A DNA stretch of 64,000 bases from assembly GCA_942492815.1 (NCBI GenBank), contig OW818658.1, forward strand, positions 5,996,284 to 6,060,283, written 5' to 3'. The stretch comes from Candidatus Hydrogenedentales bacterium. Lineage in GTDB: Bacteria > Hydrogenedentota > Hydrogenedentia > Hydrogenedentales > JAEUWI01. The notes under the pieces were generated by a model that saw only the letters and a list, made by a program, of their open reading frames with translations, was not told the DNA's origin and ran no database searches. This document shows positions 17,983 through 25,311 of the stretch, piece by piece; position 1 is the first letter of the stretch; every line of letters starts with the position of its first letter. The position numbers and the translations under genes are program-made.

Positions 17983-20900
17983 ATGAACAATCGCGATGAG
18001 ATCAGCCAGATTCGGGCGGAGCTGGAGCGCGTGCAGCGAAACGTCACGCGCCTGGCCCAACGCCTCGATGACGTGGAGGCACGGGAGAGTGCAGGCGCGG
18101 AACCGCCGGTGGCAACGGTCAAAGCGGTGACGCCGGAAATACCGCCGCAGCTGCCCGCTTCTGCCTTTGCACCCGCGCCCGCCGCAGTGAAGAGCGACGC
18201 AGCGCCTTCCTTCCCGCCCGAGGCGAAGGTTGTCCCGACGACCCCAATACCTCCGGTGCTTCCCCGACGTCCCCTCGTGCCGCCGCCAGCTCCCAAAGCG
18301 CCCCGCCGTTTCGGCCCGCCGGAAGGCATGGGCTGGGAAATGGCCCTCACCACCTGGTGGCTCCCGCGCATCGGCGTGCTCATGCTCGCGCTTGGCACCG
18401 TCTGGGGACTCACCTTCATTTCGAATGAATACACCGATTCGCCTTGGATGCCCTTTGCGCGCGTGGCCCTGGGCTATGCGCTCGCGTTGGGTCTTGGCGG
18501 CATCGGCTGGAAACTGGAAAAGAAATACGCGGGTTACGCCCGGGTACTCATGGGCGGCGGCTTCGGGCTCCTCTACTTTGTCACCTTTGCCACGTGGTAC
18601 ATCCCGCCAACGCGCATCGCACCGAGCCAGGAGTTCACCCTCCTGTTGCTCGCGCTGTTGGTCACCGCGTGGGGTGCCGTGGCCCAATGGCGCAAATCCC
18701 AGCTCATCGCTTTGTCCATGACGCTCCTCGGTCACTTCACCGTGGCCCTGTCCACCCTTTCCCTCGAAAGTCCGAGCCGCGCGGCCGTGGGTGGCTTGTT
18801 GATCCTCGGTATCGGCAGCGCTTTCTTCCTAATCCGCAATGGCTGGTACAGCGTGGCCATGAGCGCCATGATCGGCAGCTATCTCAACCAGTTTTTCTGG
18901 CTGGCCCAGGCGCCCCCGAGTGGCGCGCCCATGGATTTTGCGCTGGGCATGTTGGTGCTGGCGACCTATCTCGTGCTCTATGCCCTGGCCGATCGCTTCA
19001 CGCCCCACGAACACGCCGCCACGCGAACGCGGACCCGCAATATCTACTGCGGTCTGAACACGGGCGGTTTCCTGCTCCTCGGCCTCGCGCTGATGCAGGG
19101 CTTTGAATTCGCTCAGGGGAAAGAGTACCTCCTCTACTTCGCCACAGCCCTCTTTGCCGCGGGCATGGGCTGGAGCTACACACTGCGCCCGGCGCCCGAA
19201 AGCAGGCACACACCCGATTCCCTCGCGAACATCTACTACACCAAGGCCTCCATGCTGGCCACGGCCGGCCTGGCCGCGTGGCTCGATGGTCCTTCCGTGA
19301 CCCTCGCCATCGCCCTGCAATCGCTCGCGCTCCTCGCGGCGGCGCGGCGTTCTCAACGCCCCGTGGGACGGCTCCTGTCCCTGGGCACGGCGCTGGTGGC
19401 CTTCGTCCACGGCTGGTACACCCTCGATCAGGGCGGGTTTCCCGCCTTCGGTGATCCTGGCCACACGGGGCAGGTGCTCGTGGGGCTGCTCACGATGTCG
19501 GTGTTCTGGGCCATCGCGGAGTTGTATCGCGTGACGCCGTGGCACACCTTTTCCCAAGGTCCCTGGGGGGGCCCGGATCTTTTCCGCGACTTCTGCGCCA
19601 GTCTTGAGATGGTGGCGCAGAAGGAAGGCGCCCCCATCCTTCCGAGCCGCATGATCTTCTCCCATGTGCTCGTGGCCTTTGGCGCCCTGCTCATCGCGGG
19701 CCAGGCCCGCGCCCTCTTTCCCCTGTACTACAGCGCGCCCGCCTTCTGCGTGCTCGGCCTGGCGGCAGCGGCACTGGGTCTGGCCCTCCGTTCCGCGCCC
19801 GTGCTCGCGGGCTGCGCATTCTACCTGACCTTCGGCCTCGCATGCTGGCTGATTCAGATCCTCGGCGGCCATGCCCCGGAACCCAATGGGCTCCTCGTGG
19901 CCGTGGCGTGCGTGGCCGCCTTTGTCGCGACCTCGGAACTCTTCCGCCGCTTCCTGCCCGCGCGCTTTGAGACGCATGCGCTGGACAGCGGCATTCAGGG
20001 CGCCTGGAAACGCAACCACCTGCTGCTGGCCCACCTCACGGCCGCTGGCGCGGCAGTGATTATCGCCACGGGCCTTCAGGAACGCACCGGTCCCCCCATG
20101 GCGCTCCTCGGCGCCGGGGCCGTCGCTCTCCTCGCCACAGGCTACGCCGCCGCCACGGGCGCGGCCAACCTGGGACTCCTCGCGGTGCTGTTGACGGCTT
20201 TCACCATCGTCGTATCGCCTCAGGTCGCATTCGAGACAATAGACGGCTTCCGGGCCCTTCGGGGCGTAATCCTCGCCGCCGCAGCCGCCACAGCGGTGGA
20301 GCATCGCGGATGGGGCGTCCGGCGGCCTGGCCTCGCCTTTCACCGCCTGTTGCCCATGCCCTATCTGCTCTATGGCTGCGCGGCGTGGAACACCATCTGG
20401 ATGGTCGATGCGTACTGTCCCGACCATCTTCATGCCGTTGTCCTCGCTGGTGCCGCAGCCGCCTTCGCCGTCGCGCTGCTGGTACTTCACGCACGCGCCA
20501 TGGCCAGTCTGGGCGCGGTCCTCATGGCGGTGGCGCTGGTGGCGTGGCTGTCGAATCAAAGTCTCGCGGAAACCCGCTGGTGGCACATCGGAGCCCTCGC
20601 CATTGTGGCGCTGTCCATCGCCGGCGATCGCTTCCTCACCCTGCGCAATCCCTTCAACAGACCCTGGCCCGCGCGGGTGATGCTCTGCTGCGCCTGGGTG
20701 GTCTGCCTGGCCTGGAACGGGAGGATGGGCGATCACGGCTGGCACTACAGTGGCATGGCCCTCATCGCCGGGGCCTTCCTGGCCTATGCCGCCCTCTTCC
20801 GAAGCCGCACCGCCGGCGCTTTGTCCCTCCTGGCCGGAGCCCTCGCCACCTTTCCGCTTATCGTCGCCACGGAGCACGGCATGACCCTCGGGGCGTTGTG

Positions 20901-21366
20901 GGCCGGCTATAGCGCCCTCATCGTGTACTGGCTCGCCGCTGAACGTGGCGTTACGATGGTACTGAACCGGATTCGCGTTGCCATCGAACCAGCACAGGTC
21001 ACCACAATCACGGTGCTGCTCGCGGGCACGCCCACGCTGCTCGGCGTGCTCTGTCTCTCCCGTGTGGACACCATTCAAAATTTCTACCTCACCATGGCCT
21101 GGACGGCCTGGGGTCTGGCAATCTTCTGCTGGGCCCTCTTCACACGCCAGCCCTGGTTCCGCTACATGGGCCTCGGCGTTTTCGCCCTCGCCCTGGCCCG
21201 CGCCTTCCTTATCGACGTGTGGCGTCTCCAGGGCCTCTACCGCGTCGGTGCCATGCTCTTCCTGGGCGCGGCTCTGCTCGCCGTGGCCTATGGCTACACC
21301 CGCTGGCGCGCCAGCCAGGCCGACAAGACCGAAGAAGATGCCGCACCGGAAGAGGATCGGCCATGA
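17983..21366 (+). CDS. giant polytopic membrane protein (1127 aa) with an N-terminal coiled coil and Pro-rich linker; DUF2339-like
   Basis: N-terminal MNNRDEISQIRAELERVQRNV coiled coil, a Pro/Ala-rich segment, then >20 hydrophobic helices. Divergent from the GGDEF gene. Antisense 853-aa ORF rejected. Confidence 0.7.
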   Translation: MNNRDEISQIRAELERVQRNVTRLAQRLDDVEARESAGAEPPVATVKAVTPEIPPQLPASAFAPAPAAVKSDAAPSFPPEAKVVPTTPIPPVLPRRPLVPPPAPKAPRRFGPPEGMGWEMALTTWWLPRIGVLMLALGTVWGLTFISNEYTDSPWMPFARVALGYALALGLGGIGWKLEKKYAGYARVLMGGGFGLLYFVTFATWYIPPTRIAPSQEFTLLLLALLVTAWGAVAQWRKSQLIALSMTLLGHFTVALSTLSLESPSRAAVGGLLILGIGSAFFLIRNGWYSVAMSAMIGSYLNQFFWLAQAPPSGAPMDFALGMLVLATYLVLYALADRFTPHEHAATRTRTRNIYCGLNTGGFLLLGLALMQGFEFAQGKEYLLYFATALFAAGMGWSYTLRPAPESRHTPDSLANIYYTKASMLATAGLAAWLDGPSVTLAIALQSLALLAAARRSQRPVGRLLSLGTALVAFVHGWYTLDQGGFPAFGDPGHTGQVLVGLLTMSVFWAIAELYRVTPWHTFSQGPWGGPDLFRDFCASLEMVAQKEGAPILPSRMIFSHVLVAFGALLIAGQARALFPLYYSAPAFCVLGLAAAALGLALRSAPVLAGCAFYLTFGLACWLIQILGGHAPEPNGLLVAVACVAAFVATSELFRRFLPARFETHALDSGIQGAWKRNHLLLAHLTAAGAAVIIATGLQERTGPPMALLGAGAVALLATGYAAATGAANLGLLAVLLTAFTIVVSPQVAFETIDGFRALRGVILAAAAATAVEHRGWGVRRPGLAFHRLLPMPYLLYGCAAWNTIWMVDAYCPDHLHAVVLAGAAAAFAVALLVLHARAMASLGAVLMAVALVAWLSNQSLAETRWWHIGALAIVALSIAGDRFLTLRNPFNRPWPARVMLCCAWVVCLAWNGRMGDHGWHYSGMALIAGAFLAYAALFRSRTAGALSLLAGALATFPLIVATEHGMTLGALWAGYSALIVYWLAAERGVTMVLNRIRVAIEPAQVTTITVLLAGTPTLLGVLCLSRVDTIQNFYLTMAWTAWGLAIFCWALFTRQPWFRYMGLGVFALALARAFLIDVWRLQGLYRVGAMLFLGAALLAVAYGYTRWRASQADKTEEDAAPEEDRP

Positions 21367-21395
21367 CGGAAAGGTGAGAGAATTCAGCATTCCCT

Positions 21396-21469
21396 CTTCC
21401 GTGCTTTTCCGTGAAATTCCGTGGTCAAAAATTTATTGACCACGGAAGGGCACGGAATTTCACGGAACG
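21396..21469. promoter_or_regulatory. long imperfect stem-loop with three direct TTCCGTG repeats and an inverted partner (CCGTGAAATTCCGTGGTCAA / TTGACCACGGAA...GGAATTTCACGG)
   Basis: Seen directly, 30 nt after the stop of the 17983-21366 gene and upstream of the small membrane-protein gene. Candidate terminator/attenuator or regulator-binding site. Confidence 0.45.
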
Positions 21470-21568
21470 TAGTGGCGAAAAATTCGAGGTCGGATCGGCA
21501 GATGTGGTGGTACACTGATGCCGAGGGTATGGGAATGCCTGCCCACTTCAATCAGGAGGGTGCCCATT

Positions 21569-21862
21569 ATGTCCATTTTGATGCTCACCATTTTGCTAAC
21601 ACTGCTCGCGCTCATCGCCGGGGCCGGGCTCTGGCTTCTTGGACGCAACGCGCCCCTCTTCACCCTCGGCGGCCCGATTCAACCGGATGGGAAGGACGAA
21701 TTGGACGTTGATACGCTCCGGGCCTATGCCGCGAATGTTCAAGCCGCAACGGGTGGCCAAGACCTCGGGACACTGGTCCGGCGGCGGCTGTTCCTTTCGC
21801 TCGCTGGTCTCGTGCTGGTGTTGGGTGCCATCGCGGGAACACTTTGGGTTGTCCAAGGATAA
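21569..21862 (+). CDS. small two-TM membrane protein, hypothetical
   Basis: MSILMLTILLTLLALIAGAGLWLL and a C-terminal hydrophobic helix. An alternative upstream start exists at 21518. Confidence 0.4.
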   Translation: MSILMLTILLTLLALIAGAGLWLLGRNAPLFTLGGPIQPDGKDELDVDTLRAYAANVQAATGGQDLGTLVRRRLFLSLAGLVLVLGAIAGTLWVVQG

Positions 21863-21870
21863 CAAGAGAT

Positions 21871-22602
21871 ATGAAGAACATGACCCGATACGCAAGCATT
21901 CTCGTCCTGGTCGTCGCCGCGCAGTTCACTTTCGCGGAAGACACGGTCCAGATCCTCCGAACCGGCCTGTGGCATGGCGACAACGTCACCGCCGAGTCGG
22001 GTCCCGACTGGTGGGGCATCTTCCCGGAGGGCGACGGCTTCACGCTGCAGCAGGCGCCGGTGACGATCACGGCCGAGTTCGATGCCATGATGGACCAGGA
22101 AGGCCAAGCCACGGGCAAGCTGGTAAAGGTCCCGCAGGAAGCGGAACCCGTGCTGTTGGTGTACGGGATCAAGGGGCTCAAGGAAGGTCGACTTAGTACG
22201 ACGAAACGTAGAATTTCTGAAAACATGGTCGAGCCAGGCCAGAGCATCGATTTGGAATTGACTGGTGATGAATCCCACATCTCGACGAAGCTTGAGATTT
22301 CAGGCAGCATGATCGCACCGGAGGGTCAAAGTGACCGATTGCCGGAAGACTTCGAGTTTACGTTGGTGCGAATATCTGGCTCGAGAACCGTGAGACAGTC
22401 TCTTGCCAAGCTTCCTGGTATAACCGATGGCAAACCACGGCTCGTCTGGGCGGGCGATCTCGACCGGGATGGAAGGGTGGACGTCTTGCTCAACACTACT
22501 GACAAGTACTTCGTAACTCATCTCGTGCTCTATCTCTCCAGTGCGGCGAAGAAAGGTCAACTCGTCGGCAAGGTGGCGGAATGGAGAAGGGCGGCCTGCT
22601 GA
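21871..22602 (+). CDS. secreted hypothetical protein (signal peptide MKNMTRYASILVLVVAAQFTFA)
   Basis: Signal peptide. No recognizable domain. Overlaps the upstream small ORF. Confidence 0.55.
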   Translation: MKNMTRYASILVLVVAAQFTFAEDTVQILRTGLWHGDNVTAESGPDWWGIFPEGDGFTLQQAPVTITAEFDAMMDQEGQATGKLVKVPQEAEPVLLVYGIKGLKEGRLSTTKRRISENMVEPGQSIDLELTGDESHISTKLEISGSMIAPEGQSDRLPEDFEFTLVRISGSRTVRQSLAKLPGITDGKPRLVWAGDLDRDGRVDVLLNTTDKYFVTHLVLYLSSAAKKGQLVGKVAEWRRAAC

Positions 22603-22619
22603 GAAACGACAGCGAGTAT

Positions 22620-22676
22620 CCCGAATGCCCCGGGTGCCACCTCAATCCCGCCTCAGCGGGTTTGGGTGCCCTGAGC
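22620..22676 (+). terminator. second copy of the conserved gene-end motif (CGAATGCCCCGGGTGCCACCTCAATC + CCCGCCTCAGCGGG hairpin + TTTGGGTGC)
   Basis: 18 nt after the stop of the 21871-22602 gene. Hairpin CCCGC-CTCA-GCGGG followed by TTTGGG. Confidence 0.45.
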
Positions 22677-22842
22677 CGGGAGCCCCTGCTTACACGGATG
22701 ATCAGACCGGGCTTTTTGTGCCTTCTGTGCGATGCCTGAAGGATTCACACCCGCAACGACTCTCCACTTTGTTGATCGCGTCCCCACTTGCTACACTGGG
22801 TTTCTGGACAGCAGCACCCCAATCCCAACCAAGGACGCGCCC

Positions 22843-24270
22843 ATGAAACGCCATTCCGCCGCCCCCCTCAGCCGCCGCTCTTTTATCCGCCGCACCCTCG
22901 GGGCCGGGGCCGCCCTGGGCGCCTTCACGGGCCCGCAGATTCTTTCTTTTGCCCAGGGCGACATGACGCTGCGCGCGGGCGAAGCGACGGTGGACTCTAC
23001 GCCGCCGAAGGGCATCGAGCTGGCCGGCTTTCACTATCCCATCGGTGGGAATCCGCGCTTTATCACCGATATTCGCCAGCCCACCGCCGTCCGCGCCCTG
23101 GTGCTGCAGCAGAACCTGACCCAGGTCGCCATTTTGTCCATCGACATCCTCGCGGTGACCACGCCCATGGCCGAGCGGGTACAGAAGGCCGTGGAGGCGA
23201 AGACGGGCATCCCCGCGGCCAATGTGCGCCTATGCGCGACCCACACCCACTCCATGCCGACCTTTGCCTACCTGCGCCAGTGGGGCACGGTGCCGGAGGA
23301 GTACATGAAGATGGTGGAGGAGAAATGCCTGGAGGCCGTGACCCTGGCGCAGGCGGACTGCGGGTCGGCGGTGATGTTCACCGGCGGAAGCCAGGCCGAG
23401 GGTGGCAACTTCAACCGCACGGTGAAGGGCTCGAAATCGGACAAGGACTTCACGGCGGAATCGACGGACGACGAGCGATGGCTGGACACGCTGCTGCAGG
23501 TGCTCTACTTCGAGCGGGCCGAGGGCAAGCCGGGCATTCTGTGGTATCACTTTTCCTCCCATCCCGTATGCTATGGCGACGGCCTGGCGGGACCAGACTG
23601 GCCCGGCCTCGTGGCGAGTCGGGTGCGGGAAACCCACAAGCTGACGCCCTCTTTTCTCCAAGGCCACGCGGGCGATGTGAACCCCGGCGACGGCGTCAAG
23701 TGGATCGGCGAGGCGGAACCTTCGGCCAATGCGGTCATCGCCGCGATCGATCGCGCCATGGCCAAGCTGGAGAAGGTGGACGTGGACGTGTTGCGCTCCA
23801 TGACCCGGCCCTTCGACATGCCCCTCGACATCGCACTGTACGACCAGTGGCTGAAGGAGTATGAAGCCGCACCGGAAAAGTGCAACAACGGCAACTGGGT
23901 GGACGCGGGCTTCGCGAAAGACTGGTTTGAGGCCAGCCGGGCCAAGGCCTGGACGAGCCCCACGCTCGCGGCGCCCATCAGTTGCATCCAGCTCGGCAAC
24001 ACGGCCCTGGCCTTCCACGCCTCCGAACTGTACAGTTTCTACGGCCTCGACATCCGCCACAAGTCGCCCTTTGAAAATACCCTCGTCGTGGGGTACGCTG
24101 ATGGCGCCCTTGGCTATGTGACGGATCCCAAATCCTACGATCCGGCCGACGGCGGAAACTACGGCGCGGTGGTGGTGCCGAAGATTCTCGACATTCCCCC
24201 TTTCACCCGGGAAACCGGGCGCGCCCTGGCGGCGGGCATCGGCTCGCTCCTGCGCGACACCGCCGTGTAA
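22843..24270 (+). CDS. neutral/alkaline ceramidase-like hydrolase, TAT-secreted
   Basis: SRRSFIRRTLGAGAALGA twin-arginine signal. ATHTHSMP and GDVNPGDG motifs resemble the neutral-ceramidase THTHSGP and GDVSPN motifs. Confidence 0.6.
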   Translation: MKRHSAAPLSRRSFIRRTLGAGAALGAFTGPQILSFAQGDMTLRAGEATVDSTPPKGIELAGFHYPIGGNPRFITDIRQPTAVRALVLQQNLTQVAILSIDILAVTTPMAERVQKAVEAKTGIPAANVRLCATHTHSMPTFAYLRQWGTVPEEYMKMVEEKCLEAVTLAQADCGSAVMFTGGSQAEGGNFNRTVKGSKSDKDFTAESTDDERWLDTLLQVLYFERAEGKPGILWYHFSSHPVCYGDGLAGPDWPGLVASRVRETHKLTPSFLQGHAGDVNPGDGVKWIGEAEPSANAVIAAIDRAMAKLEKVDVDVLRSMTRPFDMPLDIALYDQWLKEYEAAPEKCNNGNWVDAGFAKDWFEASRAKAWTSPTLAAPISCIQLGNTALAFHASELYSFYGLDIRHKSPFENTLVVGYADGALGYVTDPKSYDPADGGNYGAVVVPKILDIPPFTRETGRALAAGIGSLLRDTAV

Positions 24271-24306
24271 TCACTCGGCATAAGAACGGTACTACGAGGA
24301 ATCCCC

Positions 24307-25305
24307 ATGATTTTCCTGGCCTTTATCCTGCTCATCACCTGCGGCGCCCTGGGCTTCATCTACTGGCAGATCCAGAAAACCACGGCCCTCACCACGCCCT
24401 CCGAAGTGCTCGCGTACCATGCCCAAGAGCACAAGTACTTCGTGGACAATCACTCGCCCACCGTTTCAGAGCTGGCGGAGTCGCTCCGTGCCAACGGTTT
24501 TGAAGAAGTGGCCGCCGCCGCTGAGCGCGCCTCGAAGCCCTGCTTCCGGCTGGTGCCCGCCGCGGAGGAGGATATCAGCCCACGCAGCCACTTGGGCGGC
24601 GCGCCCGACCTCCCGGATTTCGCCCTCTGGCCCCAGTGGGAGGGCGTTCCTCTCGCCTTCCTCGCCCAGATCGATCTGGGCGAACTGGCCGAACTGAACC
24701 CCGACACGCCCTTGCCAAAGGAGGGCCTCCTGTCCTTTTTCTACGACGCCGACCAGCGCACCTGGGGCTTCAAGCCCGAAGATCGCGGCAGTTGGCGCGT
24801 GCTCTATTTTCCCAACCCCTTCGAACCCGTGGCCATCAACGAATGGCCCACGGGCCTGCCCGAACACGGCTGCTACCCATTGGCTTCCATGTTCGTCGAG
24901 CACGGAGAGTCCCTGCCCGATGATCTGATTGACGATTTCCTCGCCGCGAGAAGTCCGCGGGAAGCCGCCATGCTCGAAGACATCATGGATCAATACCAGC
25001 AATGCTACGAAGGCGCGGCCCACCAGGTCCTCGGCTACCCCTACGCCATCCAGGGCGATATGCGCCTCGAATGCCAGCTCGCCAGCAATGGCCTCTTCTG
25101 CGGCGACGAATCGGGCTACAAGGATCCCCGAGCAAAAGATCTGGAGCCCGGCGCCGCCGACTGGCACCTGCTCTTCCAGCTCGACTCCGATGATCGCGCC
25201 AGCATGATGTGGGGCGATATGGGCACGCTCTATTTCTGGATCAAAGACCAGGATCTCGCGGCGAAGCGCTTCGATCAGGTGTGGATGGTGCTGCAGTGCG
25301 CGTGA
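24307..25305 (+). CDS. DUF1963 (YwqG-like) domain protein with an N-terminal membrane anchor
   Basis: C-terminal WGDMGTLYFWI motif typical of DUF1963. N-terminal TM MIFLAFILLITCGALGFIYW. Confidence 0.6.
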   Translation: MIFLAFILLITCGALGFIYWQIQKTTALTTPSEVLAYHAQEHKYFVDNHSPTVSELAESLRANGFEEVAAAAERASKPCFRLVPAAEEDISPRSHLGGAPDLPDFALWPQWEGVPLAFLAQIDLGELAELNPDTPLPKEGLLSFFYDADQRTWGFKPEDRGSWRVLYFPNPFEPVAINEWPTGLPEHGCYPLASMFVEHGESLPDDLIDDFLAARSPREAAMLEDIMDQYQQCYEGAAHQVLGYPYAIQGDMRLECQLASNGLFCGDESGYKDPRAKDLEPGAADWHLLFQLDSDDRASMMWGDMGTLYFWIKDQDLAAKRFDQVWMVLQCA

Positions 25306-25311
25306 GGCGGA

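Noticed and set aside
18829-21390. 853-aa minus-strand ORF antisense to the DUF2339-like gene
   Set aside because: Glu/Gly/Ala/Arg low-complexity antisense artefact. The sense ORF has a coherent TM architecture and a ribosome-binding site at its start.
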